Shown: positions 7,501 to 18,211, numbered from the stretch's first letter. The stretch: 64,000 nt of DNA from Candidatus Omnitrophota bacterium (GCA_029261035.1 JAJDCD010000008.1:364480-428479), one strand, 5' to 3'. Translations and numbers: made by a program. The notes: generated by a model from the letters alone, not told the origin.

Positions 7501-9336
7501 TTACTTTGATTTCTTTCTCAAATTCTGAACCTCCTCTAATGTAGTCATTGCTTCATCATCATTGTCAAGAATTGGTGTTTTTCTAAATTGTTTTCGTGGG
7601 TTTTTTGGAACCGCTCTCTTTTGTTTTCTTTCAGACGAATCTTTTTTATTAAAAGGTTGGGTGTAACTTACATGACCAAAGAAATCTAGCTTTACATGGT
7701 CTGTATGAAACTCAGGCGTCTTCCAAATCACGGCTGCTTCACCACGTTTAAGTCCGCGAATAAGGTCCGGTTCAATTCTAAATGTTTGTCCTTCTCGCAC
7801 TGATCCCTGCCCTGTAAATCCTTTCCCAAGCATATCCTCTTTTGTTTGATATGTATTGATCATTGTCTTGCGTGTTCCTGCTATTTTCACAAAACGTTCA
7901 ATAGAGAACGGATCGTCCTGTCTTAAAATAATTTTTGTATTTGTATTTTCAAGACACTGCTGCTGAAATCCAGGGGCATTACGAAACTGAAGATCCCCAA
8001 GTGACTGTAAATACATTGCAATCGCAAATCGACTTGCCCGTCCCTTGCTCAAAAGTGTGACGAAATTGCTATCAAGAAAGTCAGTTGCATCGTCAATGTG
8101 AATTCCAAAGAAGTGACGTTTACGTGCTGGCAATTCAGCTTGAATATAACTTGATACAGACCTGATACTTTGAATGATCATTCGCCCCAAACGCCTACTT
8201 GAGTCAGTGTATTTTTGAAGATCAAGGCTGAAGTAAGCAATCGAGTTCCGCTCGTACAGAGTTTGTATATCAATATCGGGCACATCAACATCCATAAGAT
8301 CTGAAAACTCACTTCGTGACATAAGATGAAGGTCTGCAATAAGCCCGCTCAAAAACCTGCGCGACTCCTTAAAATGATCCGCCATTTTCTCAAGATCATT
8401 TTTTATAACATAGTCTTTCGTTTCAGATTGAAGTCGTTGCAGTGCATTAAGATCAGTTAAATAACCATGAATTTCTCGGAACTTTGGAGCTCTGCCCGTC
8501 GACACAATCGCATTAAAAATCGTAAGAGCTGCTTGTTCACACATCTTTTTGTAAAACTCTTCGGTCCAAATCTGTGAGTTAATCAGCATCGAAGTAAGTT
8601 CAGTTGCATTTGCGCCTTCCGCTCTAAAAAACGGATTAAAGGTATTGGACTCTTTTACGTGATTTAGTGAGAAGTAGTAAAAATCATCCACGCGGCCCGT
8701 TTCTTCGACAATCCAGCGAAGCTTATCATAGAGTTCAAGATCACCTTTACCGTCAATGATAATCATGCCCTTCCCATGAGCAATGTCGTGAGCTACGGCT
8801 GGAAGCATGACTGACTCGCTTTTCCCACTTCCCGTGCTACCGACCACAAGCGTATGCATTTCCCTTTGATCATTCGTAAGATGAAGTGGCTTTCCAGTTT
8901 TTAAACTTTGTCCCAAATATGACTTGAAGTAATTTGACTCAAGTCGTGGATACCTCATTTTGTTTAAGCTGGGCTCTCTTTTCTGCCGCTCTTTTTTAAG
9001 ATTCTCTGAGTCAGGATTAAGATGCACAACTGCAAAAAAGAAGGGTAAGCTAACAGCTAAATAAACTCCGTAATACACACTCAATTTAATCCAAATAGCT
9101 GTTTGGCCTTCAATTCTCATTGCCTCATCTAGCCAATCAAAAATCTGATGCATGCTCAAAAAAAACGCAGCCGCAACAAACACTGAAACCGCAATTAATA
9201 AATACTTAAGTGCGGGGCTCCCAGATCGATCTGCTAGATTTATTAACGCTCGCGAGAAGCTAAGTGGTATCCTCACGAATGTTCCACCCAATACTTTTAG
9301 AAAGAACGATTCCCGTGATTGTGAAGGCTTATTCAT
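7501..9336 (-). CDS. traD: Type IV secretion coupling protein (TraD/VirD4 family)
   Basis: Two N-terminal TMs, Walker A GSTGSGKS, IIDGKGD, Walker B-like HIDD, GRAS...Q motif. Confidence 0.88.
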   Translation of the reverse strand: MNKPSQSRESFFLKVLGGTFVRIPLSFSRALINLADRSGSPALKYLLIAVSVFVAAAFFLSMHQIFDWLDEAMRIEGQTAIWIKLSVYYGVYLAVSLPFFFAVVHLNPDSENLKKERQKREPSLNKMRYPRLESNYFKSYLGQSLKTGKPLHLTNDQREMHTLVVGSTGSGKSESVMLPAVAHDIAHGKGMIIIDGKGDLELYDKLRWIVEETGRVDDFYYFSLNHVKESNTFNPFFRAEGANATELTSMLINSQIWTEEFYKKMCEQAALTIFNAIVSTGRAPKFREIHGYLTDLNALQRLQSETKDYVIKNDLEKMADHFKESRRFLSGLIADLHLMSRSEFSDLMDVDVPDIDIQTLYERNSIAYFSLDLQKYTDSSRRLGRMIIQSIRSVSSYIQAELPARKRHFFGIHIDDATDFLDSNFVTLLSKGRASRFAIAMYLQSLGDLQFRNAPGFQQQCLENTNTKIILRQDDPFSIERFVKIAGTRKTMINTYQTKEDMLGKGFTGQGSVREGQTFRIEPDLIRGLKRGEAAVIWKTPEFHTDHVKLDFFGHVSYTQPFNKKDSSERKQKRAVPKNPRKQFRKTPILDNDDEAMTTLEEVQNLRKKSK

Positions 9337-10139
9337 AAAATTTTCTTGAGTTTAAAGCTTGCCGCTTTATTCTCAAAGATTGCCCCCTCTCGCTCATTCA
9401 TCAATTCCTTGTAAGTCGTCATCCAAACCTGCTTGATATCGTAATCAAGCGCGGTTACTAGCCAATCTTTAATCTCTCCTTTGATGATCACAAAAAGCAG
9501 TGGATAAAGCTGATGGGACCAATAGTAATTCATCATCCCCTGATACCGCTTTTTACTCTTTGAGAGATTATGATTTTCAAATTCAATCGCAGCTCGCTTA
9601 TCTCCTCCAAAATGAATGATCCCATCCGGTCGCGGACCACTCCGGTGATTGCCGTATCTCAAAACCCGCTCACTCTCCCAATCATCAAGTCCAAGATCCC
9701 TAAAAAGAATCCTGAGATTGGTTACGTGCAAATCATGATCAATATGCCGATCAAAAGATTCTGTTGGCTCATAAAGGTCAAGCTTTGAATCTGTTCCTCT
9801 CTCTTTGAGAATCTCATATGATTTCTGTGTCACAAAATAGACATCAAGGCAAAGTCGCCCTGAATAGCCTTTTTCTAAATATCCAGCATTCACTAGTTTT
9901 TCTACTCGTTTGTAACAGGCTTTAGCATCCAGTGAGTTTTCTTTCCAAAAAGCTTCTCTGATCTGGCTGTATGCCAAGTAACGATGTTCATGTGCATACC
10001 GAAATAACTCAATATCTCGGTTTGTTAAAACAAGAGGACTCGCGTCCTCATCAAGCGATTTCGTTTCACTAATTTTTACTATTTCATCAACCACAAATAA
10101 ACCTCCAAAAAGATTGATCGCAGACTTTTTGGGAGGCAT
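9333..10139 (-). CDS. Replication-relaxation (Replic_Relax) family protein, putative relaxase
   Basis: LTNRD..L wHTH, HDL, RPDG, AIEFE..KS..RY nuclease-like motifs; coupled to T4CP. Confidence 0.75.
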   Translation of the reverse strand: MPPKKSAINLFGGLFVVDEIVKISETKSLDEDASPLVLTNRDIELFRYAHEHRYLAYSQIREAFWKENSLDAKACYKRVEKLVNAGYLEKGYSGRLCLDVYFVTQKSYEILKERGTDSKLDLYEPTESFDRHIDHDLHVTNLRILFRDLGLDDWESERVLRYGNHRSGPRPDGIIHFGGDKRAAIEFENHNLSKSKKRYQGMMNYYWSHQLYPLLFVIIKGEIKDWLVTALDYDIKQVWMTTYKELMNEREGAIFENKAASFKLKKIL

Positions 10140-10202
10140 TTCTCACAGCTAACCTTTGAGAGGAGAGCTTACGTGCTCTCCTCTCTCTGCCAGCTTCACC
10201 AT

Positions 10203-10670
10203 CTAGCGACGGATTTGGCTTGCGAATCGGTTCGCACTGCTTAAAACAGTTTGAAGCGTTCGATTACTTTCACGGGCCATATCCACCTGATACCGTCTTT
10301 CTTCACGCATGGTATCAACCGTTTTCACAGGTCTCCCAACCACTTGAACGGGCCTAGTTTCTGTGATTTGGGTTTCTCGCCAGGGAATCGTAATTGGTCC
10401 ATCACTTGCACTTTGGCTATCTTTCAAATTCTCATAAGCTAAAGCTGCACCTTGAACAATCACTCCCGCCGTAACAATTGCAACCGTTAAGACAAGTCCC
10501 CCGTAAATCCCTCGTTTAAGCAATCCTCCGAATTTACTTAAAATGCTTCTCACCAATATTCGCAATTGCTCACTTTTGCTGTAATGCTCTATCACTTTCA
10601 CTTCCGTTACTGCTCGTAGACCTGAAAATTTGTTAATTCTCATAGGCATCTCTATTTCACTTGCTCTCAT
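10203..10670 (-). CDS. Hypothetical single-TM protein
   Basis: AAGGAG RBS; one hydrophobic helix. Confidence 0.65.
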   Translation of the reverse strand: MRASEIEMPMRINKFSGLRAVTEVKVIEHYSKSEQLRILVRSILSKFGGLLKRGIYGGLVLTVAIVTAGVIVQGAALAYENLKDSQSASDGPITIPWRETQITETRPVQVVGRPVKTVDTMREERRYQVDMARESNRTLQTVLSSANRFASQIRR

Positions 10671-10890
10671 CGCTTTAATCTCCTTTTCACAAAGTTGGCT
10701 TTAGCGCCAGTTTTACCTCCCGAATTTAGGATCGGGTATTTGATTTTTTGATAGTTCTCTTCATATAGGGGCACGAAACCCCATTTTTTGAATGATTTTT
10801 TAAGGGTATTTCTCTATAGGATATTTTTTTAACCCTCTGTTCTTTTTAATCAATCTTACTCATCATTTATGACCCAACCTTTTTGCAATA

Positions 10891-10995
10891 GCACCTGGAT
10901 ACGCCATATTTAACCGTTCGACTACGGTCTCTTAAATAAAATAATGTCGAGAGAGCGTAGTCGAACGGTGGGTAGAGGCAGATTTTCCCAGGTGC
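10891..10995. promoter_or_regulatory. Nested inverted repeats; candidate oriT or structured leader RNA
   Basis: ACCGTTCGACTACG (10913-26) / CGTAGTCGAACGGT (10956-69), enclosed by GCACCTGG (10891-98) / CCAGGTGC (10988-95); upstream of relaxase and T4CP. Confidence 0.45.
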
Positions 10996-11099
10996 GGGCA
11001 ATCGCCAGATGAAATAATGGAATTAAGACAGAAAGTAAGATTTAGAAAGAAGGGATACGATTTGAGGAACTTAAAACTTCGTAAAATTCAAGTCCCTCA

Positions 11100-11501
11100 T
11101 CAAGCGGCTGTTTTGTTTTGTGTGAGTATTTCTGGTGGGTGGGATTTTCCCCAGATGAATGCATTCTGGTACTTCCTACATCCACGGCACTTTTCTCTTG
11201 TCCCCTGAAAATCCTTCTCATAACGATCTCCGCAATTTTTACACTCGTAGACGAAGGTAAAAAGATGGGACTCCCCTTCAGCCTGGAAAGCTTTGTGCGG
11301 AAGGAGTTTCTGCTCACACCGTTGACACATGACCCACAGACCATCTGGGTCCACCGTATCTCCTGCTGCTTCAAAAAGCACCCGGTCACAACCTTTTGGA
11401 CAGCGTACCTCTTTGTAGTTGCCCCGAAGGTCTTCACGCCTCAAGACCGGGACGCCTTTTTCATTCTTGCTCATTTTTTCGATCCTCCTTTTTCTTGGCA
11501 T
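11100..11501 (-). CDS. Multi-CxxC zinc-ribbon protein (first ribbon resembles Mu Com-type regulators)
   Basis: EVRCPKGCDRVLF...CQRC and CKNC...CRGC. Confidence 0.6.
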   Translation of the reverse strand: MPRKRRIEKMSKNEKGVPVLRREDLRGNYKEVRCPKGCDRVLFEAAGDTVDPDGLWVMCQRCEQKLLPHKAFQAEGESHLFTFVYECKNCGDRYEKDFQGTREKCRGCRKYQNAFIWGKSHPPEILTQNKTAA

Positions 11502-11815
11502 TTGTTTTGCAACTGCTCATAACAGACTTTATAAAGCTATATATATAAATAGATAAAAAAAAGCCCTGAAAACAAATCAATAAACGCTAAAACACCCTTG
11601 TTTAAAAGGTCGGTGCATTAGTAGCGGTAGTTAATTCATCACAGGGTTTTCTACTGGGAACGTGCATCGGCCCCAAAAAGCAAGGCCATACAGAACTAGT
11701 CCCAAAATTCTAATTTTTCCAATTTAAAGATCGCGCTTTGCTACTAAAATGTCTCCTGGCCTATGGGCCCGTTGTGCACAACTTTGGCTTTTTGCCTATA
11801 TTTTTGTGCAATTAA

Positions 11816-12892
11816 TTAAGCTGATTTACGTATTACTAATTCAGGATTAAACTTATGTCTAGCTACTCCTGAATGGCTAAATTTCCCCTCAGATATCTCA
11901 ATTAAAAATTCACCTGCCTTATGGCCCATTTCCTTCAAGGGCTGCCTGATGGTAGTCAAAGGCGGATCGGTAAATTGACTTTCCGAATATCCATCAAAAC
12001 CAATTACTGAGACTTCCTTGGGACATTTAATACCCTTTTCACTGAGGTACTCTAGGACTCCTTTGGCAAGTGTATCGTTAGAACAAATCACCGCATCTGG
12101 ATTGTCGTTACCATTAAAAAGTTCAGAAGCTTTTTTATAGCCTTCTTCCACAACATAGCAAGCACTGTCCTTAATCCAGTTTTTCCTTATCTGAAAACCG
12201 CTTAATGCCATCGCTTTTTCAAAGCCTCTAAATTTGTCCCGCGAGTCGATTGATTCAATACTCGTTTGAAACTCGTCCCTTCCAATCCTGTTATGCATTG
12301 GTCCTTTCAAAAAGGCAATTTTCCGCTTACCTTTGTCAGATAAATAACCAACTGCCTTTGCCATACCTTCACCAACATCACAATAAGCAAAATGAGTACA
12401 GACCGACTTCTCAAAGTCATTGATTAAAATTATCGGAAAAGGTTTAGATACCGATTCTACAAGCTTGATTAAATTAGGGTGACTCCGCCACGTCAAAACA
12501 ATAAGTCCGTCAATCAAATACTTTTGAAGAAACCGTCTGATATTTTGATACCCATCATCGCGAACTGGAATCAACCGAATCTCATAGTCTGAGTTCTCCA
12601 TCGCTCCCATAATTCCAGAAAGCACGCCTCTGTGATACGGTGACTCGAATAAATCCGCTGAGTACGGCACAAGAACACCAAAGACACCTGTCTGATATTT
12701 ACGCTTTTTTGCATTTCTTTTCTCAGGCGTAAATTCATGTCCCTCAACAACAGGGCGTATTTTTTCGCGAGTCTCAGTTCGTAGCCTGTCGCGCTCAACA
12801 GGATTAAAATAACGTGAAACAGAGGCCTTTGAAACACCTGCTTCTCTGGCAATGGATTCTTCGGTAATTTTCATTTCGTATAACATCCCCAT
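11816..12892 (-). CDS. LacI-family transcriptional regulator
   Basis: IAREAGVSKASVSRYFN HTH; PKEVSVIGFD, PPLTTIRQP, ELVIRKS. Confidence 0.93.
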   Translation of the reverse strand: MGMLYEMKITEESIAREAGVSKASVSRYFNPVERDRLRTETREKIRPVVEGHEFTPEKRNAKKRKYQTGVFGVLVPYSADLFESPYHRGVLSGIMGAMENSDYEIRLIPVRDDGYQNIRRFLQKYLIDGLIVLTWRSHPNLIKLVESVSKPFPIILINDFEKSVCTHFAYCDVGEGMAKAVGYLSDKGKRKIAFLKGPMHNRIGRDEFQTSIESIDSRDKFRGFEKAMALSGFQIRKNWIKDSACYVVEEGYKKASELFNGNDNPDAVICSNDTLAKGVLEYLSEKGIKCPKEVSVIGFDGYSESQFTDPPLTTIRQPLKEMGHKAGEFLIEISEGKFSHSGVARHKFNPELVIRKSA

Positions 12893-12904
12893 TTTCCAAA
12901 TTTG

Positions 12905-12938
12905 GAGTTTCTGAAACTCTGTGGAATTTCTGAAACTC
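12905..12938. promoter_or_regulatory. Tandem palindromic operators upstream of the LacI-family gene
   Basis: GAGTTTC-T-GAAACTC (12905-19) and GAATTTC-T-GAAACTC (12924-38). Confidence 0.6.
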
Positions 12939-13179
12939 TAAGTTTAACGTAACATATCCACACAAGAAATCAAGGGACGTCCGATAACTTTTTCGGGAAT
13001 TTTCTATCAAGAAATAGTCTTATTAAAATCGGAGTTTATCACCTAAATTTGAACTACCTATTAAGAAGAAAGATAAACAAACGCAAAAGAAAGGCTATTT
13101 GGGAAGGGTGTTTTTTTTGTAAAAAAGTGGCTATTTTGGGTGAGAATTACGACATTTTTATGCTATGTTTATGAACTTT

Positions 13180-13923
13180 TTACTCGCTCTCCTCTTTAAC
13201 TGGATCAAAAGAAACGGGTTCTTTGAAGCTTTCAAGCTCTTTATCTTCTTTCTTTTTTTCGATCTCAAACTCTTCAGGAAGAAGGTGTTTCCGGTTAGCG
13301 AATCCTCCGTGCCCTTTATAGTAATCGATCATTCCGTAATTGTCGGGGTCTCTATCGAGAAACCGAGAAGCAACTTGCCCCTTACAGAAATCATTAAGCA
13401 CACGGTTCTGTAGATTTGTGTGAGTCATCCATATTTGGTTTGATCCTTCCATTCCGAAAAAACCAAGATTCTTCTTTCTAAGCTCTCTTAATGCTTCATA
13501 ATGATCTTTACTCACTGGTTTCTCCCTCACAATTTGAACATCCCCACCGACCTCACTTCTAATCCGCATAATTTGGGGTGTGATTTGTTGAATAATATTA
13601 AAAAGAACATCGCAATCATAGGGCTTCTCAAGAAAGGCATCCGCGCCCACCTTAAGCCCCTCTCTCTCATTCGCTGTTGCCGACAAAGAAAGTATTGGTA
13701 AATACGCGGGTAGCTTCATCCGTCGTATTTGGGATATCGCTTCATGGCCTGTCATAACTGGCATACGCGTATCCATTAGAACAAGGTCATACTCCACTTC
13801 TTGGACCCGATCAACGGCTTCTTTTCCGTTTGAGACAACGTCCAAATCGTGTCCCCATATATCCATGAGCATATCCATGCTTTCAATGGTTGGACGCTCA
13901 TCTTCTGCCAAAAGAACCTTCAT
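13180..13923 (-). CDS. Response regulator (REC domain plus uncharacterised C-terminal domain)
   Basis: VLLAED, LVLMDTRMPVMTG, LSA, FLEKP; GGAGG RBS. Confidence 0.85.
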   Translation of the reverse strand: MKVLLAEDERPTIESMDMLMDIWGHDLDVVSNGKEAVDRVQEVEYDLVLMDTRMPVMTGHEAISQIRRMKLPAYLPILSLSATANEREGLKVGADAFLEKPYDCDVLFNIIQQITPQIMRIRSEVGGDVQIVREKPVSKDHYEALRELRKKNLGFFGMEGSNQIWMTHTNLQNRVLNDFCKGQVASRFLDRDPDNYGMIDYYKGHGGFANRKHLLPEEFEIEKKKEDKELESFKEPVSFDPVKEESE

Positions 13924-13941
13924 TCGTCCCTCCAATTTATA

Positions 13942-13971
13942 AGCATACACCCCTACCTGTAGGGGTGTCAA
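13942..13971 (-). promoter_or_regulatory. Sigma70-type promoter overlapped by a perfect 10-bp inverted repeat (probable XRE operator)
   Basis: TTGACA...TATGCT on - strand; ACACCCCTAC-CT-GTAGGGGTGT at 13947-13968. Confidence 0.65.
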
Positions 13972-14000
13972 CCTTGAGGAGTTTAAATGATAATTTTCGA

Positions 14001-14222
14001 ATGGCGAGCACATCGATGAAGAAATTAGCTAGAAGAATAAAAGAACTTCGTATAAAACGCGGCATGACTCAAGAAGAGGTTGCGGAAAAAGCGGGGATGA
14101 AATACAAGCATTATCAAGAGCTTGAAGAGCAAAAACCACCTCGCGATACGAAGTATTCAACCATCGAAAAAGTCGCCAGAAAAGGGCTGAACATATCGCT
14201 TAAGCAACTCTTCAATTTTTAG
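14001..14222 (+). CDS. XRE-family HTH regulator
   Basis: RIKELRIKRGMTQEEVAEKAG...YQELE; only convincing + strand gene in the window. Confidence 0.85.
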   Translation: MASTSMKKLARRIKELRIKRGMTQEEVAEKAGMKYKHYQELEEQKPPRDTKYSTIEKVARKGLNISLKQLFNF

Positions 14223-14309
14223 CACTTTTGGCGTCCTCTTCTTACTTTACGGTTCCACACACCTAATCCATTGCGCGTTTTGCTTACCGGTAAACCCATT
14301 GATTGAAAA

Positions 14310-16529
14310 TTAGATCTTTATTCTCTTTAACCTAAGTGAATTTAAAATAACAGAAACAGAACTAAAGCTCATCGCGGCTCCGGCAATCATTGGATTGAGT
14401 AAGAGGCCGATAAAAGGGTACAAAATTCCCGCAGCAATTGGTACCCCAAGTGCGTTATAAATGAATGCAAAAAATAGGTTTTGGCGAATGTTCGACATCA
14501 CCGCCCGGCTTAATTTTAGAGCCTTGACGATTCCATTTAAATCACCTTTTACCAAAGTAATCCCGGCACTCTCGATGGCAACATCCGTCCCTGTTCCCAT
14601 GGCTACCCCGACTTCCGCCTGAGCTAAAGCAGGCGCATCATTAATTCCGTCACCGGCCATCAACACCAGCGCTCCTTCTTTTTTCAGCTCTTTCACAATT
14701 TGCTGTTTATCTTTCGGCTCCAGTCCTGCACGCACATCATCAATGTTAAGTTCCTTAGCAATCGCACGCGCCGTGTTTTCGTTATCACCGGTCAACATAA
14801 TTACTTTCAACCCGAGATCATGGAGTTCCTGAATGGCGGTCGGTGTACTTTTCTTGATGGGATCTGAAATCCCCAGAATGCCCACCACTTTATTTTCTCT
14901 CGCAACCCAGACCACGGTCCGCGCTTCTTTCTGCATCGTCTCTGCTTTCTTTTTTAAATCCTCGGACAGATCTGTAAATCCCGCAATGAATTTTTGCTTC
15001 CCCAAAGAAATCTTTTTACCATCGAGTTCTCCCTTAACCCCTCCGCCGGTCACCGACTCAAATTGATCAACCTCCTTTAAATCAACTTTTTTTTCTTCGG
15101 CATAGTTCAACACGGCACGAGCCAAAGGATGTTCGCTTGATTTTTCAAGAGAACCCGCACTGACCAGTAATTCTTTTTCATCAACGCCCTCGGCCGTTTC
15201 AACGGATGTCACACTCGGTTTACCCTCAGTGAGAGTTCCCGTTTTATCCGTTAGTACGTGCGTAATCTTTTCGCACTTCTCAAGCGCCTCGGCGTTTTTA
15301 ATCAATATCCCTGACCTAGCGCCGCGTCCCACACCGACCATAATAGACATTGGAGTTGCCAATCCTAAAGCGCAAGGACAGGCGATAATTAACACCGCAA
15401 TAGCGTTCACGAAGGCATATGCAAGAGCAGGCTGTGGGCCCCAAAGAGCCCATATCCCAAAAGTTAATGCCGCGATCAAAATCACAACCGGCACAAAGAT
15501 TCCTGCGACTTTATCGGCCAGGCCTTGAATCGGTGCCCGGCTTCGCTGCGCTTCTGAGACCATGTGTACAATCTGCGAGAGTAATGTTTCCGAACCCACC
15601 TTCTCCGTCTTCATCACAAAAGAACCCGTTTGATTGACGGTTGCCCCAATAACCTTGTCGCCTTCACCTTTCTCAACAGGCACAGGCTCTCCGGAAATCA
15701 TAGATTCATCAATCGTGCTTTTTCCCTCGGTAATGGTCCCGTCCAGGGGAATCTTCTCTCCCGGGCGAACACGCAACAGGTCCCCCTTTTGCACCTCATC
15801 CACAGCAACTTCCTCTTCCTCGCCATCACGCAAACGATGAGCATTTTTGGCCGCAAGGCCGAGCAATACTTTGATCGCTTCCCCTGTCCGTGCGCGAGCT
15901 TTCGCTTCCAGATACTGCCCAAGAATCACCAGCACGGTGATCACAACTGCCGCTTCAAAGTAGAGCCCCAACATGCCATTCATTTTTAGTGAGTTAGGAA
16001 ATATTTGAGGAAAAATAACAGCCGCAGCGCTATAAAAATATGCGGCTCCAACACCCATGGCAATCAAGGTGAACATATTCAAACTGCGATTCACGACCGA
16101 CTGCCATGCGCGTTTAAAGAAAAATCCGCCCGCCCAGAAAATAACCGGTGCGCTTAAAAAGAGCTGTATCCATCCTGAAGCGTGATGAGAAATGAATTCA
16201 AATTTTAATGCAGGAATCATCTCTTCAGCAGCTAAAAAGACAACAGGAAGACCAAAAATCACACCTCCCCAAAACTTGCGTTTTAATTTCTTAGTTTCAT
16301 TTTGTTCATGCTTGTCTTCTGCCTGGGCATTTTTAGCTTCCAAAGCCATGCCGCATTTCGGACAACTACCGGGATGGTCCTGCTCTACTTCCGAATGCAT
16401 CGGGCAGGTGTAAACCGTTTTCTCCTTAGATGCCTCGGATTGCATGGGTTCTAATGCCATACCGCATTTAGGGCAATCGCCGGGCTTTTCTTCAGCAATT
16501 TCTGGATGCATCGGACATGTGTATTTCAT
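14310..16529 (-). CDS. copA: Cu(I)/Ag(I)-translocating P1B-type ATPase
   Basis: Two YTCPMH...CPKCGM domains, [21 protein letters not shown] and MSFSS. Confidence 0.95.
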   Translation of the reverse strand: MKYTCPMHPEIAEEKPGDCPKCGMALEPMQSEASKEKTVYTCPMHSEVEQDHPGSCPKCGMALEAKNAQAEDKHEQNETKKLKRKFWGGVIFGLPVVFLAAEEMIPALKFEFISHHASGWIQLFLSAPVIFWAGGFFFKRAWQSVVNRSLNMFTLIAMGVGAAYFYSAAAVIFPQIFPNSLKMNGMLGLYFEAAVVITVLVILGQYLEAKARARTGEAIKVLLGLAAKNAHRLRDGEEEEVAVDEVQKGDLLRVRPGEKIPLDGTITEGKSTIDESMISGEPVPVEKGEGDKVIGATVNQTGSFVMKTEKVGSETLLSQIVHMVSEAQRSRAPIQGLADKVAGIFVPVVILIAALTFGIWALWGPQPALAYAFVNAIAVLIIACPCALGLATPMSIMVGVGRGARSGILIKNAEALEKCEKITHVLTDKTGTLTEGKPSVTSVETAEGVDEKELLVSAGSLEKSSEHPLARAVLNYAEEKKVDLKEVDQFESVTGGGVKGELDGKKISLGKQKFIAGFTDLSEDLKKKAETMQKEARTVVWVARENKVVGILGISDPIKKSTPTAIQELHDLGLKVIMLTGDNENTARAIAKELNIDDVRAGLEPKDKQQIVKELKKEGALVLMAGDGINDAPALAQAEVGVAMGTGTDVAIESAGITLVKGDLNGIVKALKLSRAVMSNIRQNLFFAFIYNALGVPIAAGILYPFIGLLLNPMIAGAAMSFSSVSVILNSLRLKRIKI

Positions 16530-16532
16530 TAC

Positions 16533-17123
16533 CTATACTTCCTGATTATTTTTTTTGTGTATGCAAACAGAGAAGTAGTGGCCAAGCACCACACCTAAAA
16601 ACCCAACGCCGATTAAACCCTCTACAGCCACAAGACCTTTGCCACTTATTGTCAACGGTGCTATATCCCCAAATCCAACTGTTGTGATGGTCATAACACT
16701 TAAGTAGAGACTATCCAAGAATATCGAATGAAGATGTTCAATATGTTGAGCCACGCCATAGCTTTGGCCCCACATTAACTTCATTCCAGTAAAAGATGGG
16801 GTGCTACTTTGCACTTGAAGGAGAGAAAACCAACTCGCAAAGATAGCAATCAAGGAAGCATACGCTTCTAAAATTCCTTTAAGCTGAAAATGTTGCTTGT
16901 GAAATAAAAGGTTACGCAGAATAACAAATACACCGACACCAGGGACGGCGCCGCCCAAGATTGCAAGACACAGCAACGTAAAGGGTTCAGGCCCTGAGTG
17001 CATTTGCCCTTCCACTTCATGCAGACCTACCGTCAGGTAAACCAACATCCCTATATAGGGCACTGCACATAGCAGTAAAGAGCTTCTTAATATTCCACTC
17101 ATTTTTGGTAACGTTGATTTCAT
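16533..17123 (-). CDS. Potassium-channel pore domain protein (Ion_trans_2)
   Basis: YLSVMTITTVGFGDIAP selectivity filter; multiple TMs. Confidence 0.8.
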   Translation of the reverse strand: MKSTLPKMSGILRSSLLLCAVPYIGMLVYLTVGLHEVEGQMHSGPEPFTLLCLAILGGAVPGVGVFVILRNLLFHKQHFQLKGILEAYASLIAIFASWFSLLQVQSSTPSFTGMKLMWGQSYGVAQHIEHLHSIFLDSLYLSVMTITTVGFGDIAPLTISGKGLVAVEGLIGVGFLGVVLGHYFSVCIHKKNNQEV

Positions 17124-17160
17124 TAAATCCTTTCAAACAAGCATTATTTTCGGAACTCAA

Positions 17161-17583
17161 TTACTCAATGCCAACGCCGTACTCATAAACCATTTGACCA
17201 CCCAAATGACCCGTATAAGCAACTAAACCGACTGTAGCCAAAAGAACAATGAGAAACACAGCTCTAAAGTACTTAGCAAATTCGTTTTTGAGAAACCATA
17301 GAACTGGTAATGACATCAACGAAACCCACATTGTTCTTTGAGCCATCAAACTGTGCTTTGTCAATAAGGGATGATTCAAGTGAAGCCGCTCTGCCTCCCA
17401 AATACCGGTACGAACAACTAGCGGAGTTAACAATGCCGCAAACACATAAAGATAAATTGCCGATTGATGCAACGCCTTCTTTCGAAAGACAAGACTAAGC
17501 ACATCAAATACTAAAGCCGTAAAAAAAAGCGCTATGGGAAAATGAACCATCTTTGGATGAATCGGTATCAAAAAATCAAACAT
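17161..17583 (-). CDS. DUF2231-like membrane protein
   Basis: IHPKMVHFPIAL...H...TGHLGGQMVY. Confidence 0.85.
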   Translation of the reverse strand: MFDFLIPIHPKMVHFPIALFFTALVFDVLSLVFRKKALHQSAIYLYVFAALLTPLVVRTGIWEAERLHLNHPLLTKHSLMAQRTMWVSLMSLPVLWFLKNEFAKYFRAVFLIVLLATVGLVAYTGHLGGQMVYEYGVGIE

Positions 17584-17601
17584 CAGGCGACCTCCTTTCT
17601 T

Positions 17602-17790
17602 TTAATGATCTGAGTCGCCATGATCGTGATCACCATGGCCATCAACATCCGCGCTCACAGCGGCGACTTCCCCATGATCTGTTTTGCCTTTATGGGCTGA
17701 GTGATCATGACCAGCTGTAGATAGAAAATAACCATAGAGAAATAGACCCACAGCCATCACGAACGCAATACCTAACGATTTAAAATTCAT
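17602..17790 (-). CDS. Small membrane-anchored His-rich protein
   Basis: TM plus His/Asp-rich tail; GGAGG RBS. Confidence 0.65.
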   Translation of the reverse strand: MNFKSLGIAFVMAVGLFLYGYFLSTAGHDHSAHKGKTDHGEVAAVSADVDGHGDHDHGDSDH

Positions 17791-17804
17791 TTGTGGCCTC
17801 CGAA

Positions 17805-18173
17805 TTAATGATGATCGTGGTCCCCATGATCCCCACTCTTCTCAGCGCTTTCTTTTTTCTCAGACATATGGCCCATATCGTGACCTTCGTGAGCCGATTT
17901 AGCTGAAGCTTCCGCTTCTACGATCTTGATGTACTTCTCTGGGTTCTTCTCAAAGTCCTTCACACACATTTTGCAACATAAGTTGTATTCTTTTCCGTCA
18001 TGTTGCACTTTGAAAGCGTCACCCATAGATCCAATTGATTCTCCACTTACAGGACAAACTTTATTGCCCACATTAACAACGCCTGCATCTGGATTTGCAA
18101 AAGCATGCTGAGACAGTCCTACACAAACAAAGCTCATCATAAGAATCGTCGATAGTATTATTCTTTTTTTCAT
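17805..18173 (-). CDS. Secreted YHS/TRASH-domain metal-binding protein
   Basis: Signal peptide; CPVSG...YNLCCKMCVKDFEKNPEKY; His-rich tail. Confidence 0.85.
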   Translation of the reverse strand: MKKRIILSTILMMSFVCVGLSQHAFANPDAGVVNVGNKVCPVSGESIGSMGDAFKVQHDGKEYNLCCKMCVKDFEKNPEKYIKIVEAEASAKSAHEGHDMGHMSEKKESAEKSGDHGDHDHH

Positions 18174-18211
18174 TTTAATTCTCCTTAAAGTTTATTTTGT
18201 TACACCATTAA

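Noticed and set aside
1-14222. Prophage
   Set aside because: No capsid, terminase, tail or lysis genes; T4CP plus relaxase indicate a conjugative/mobilisable element
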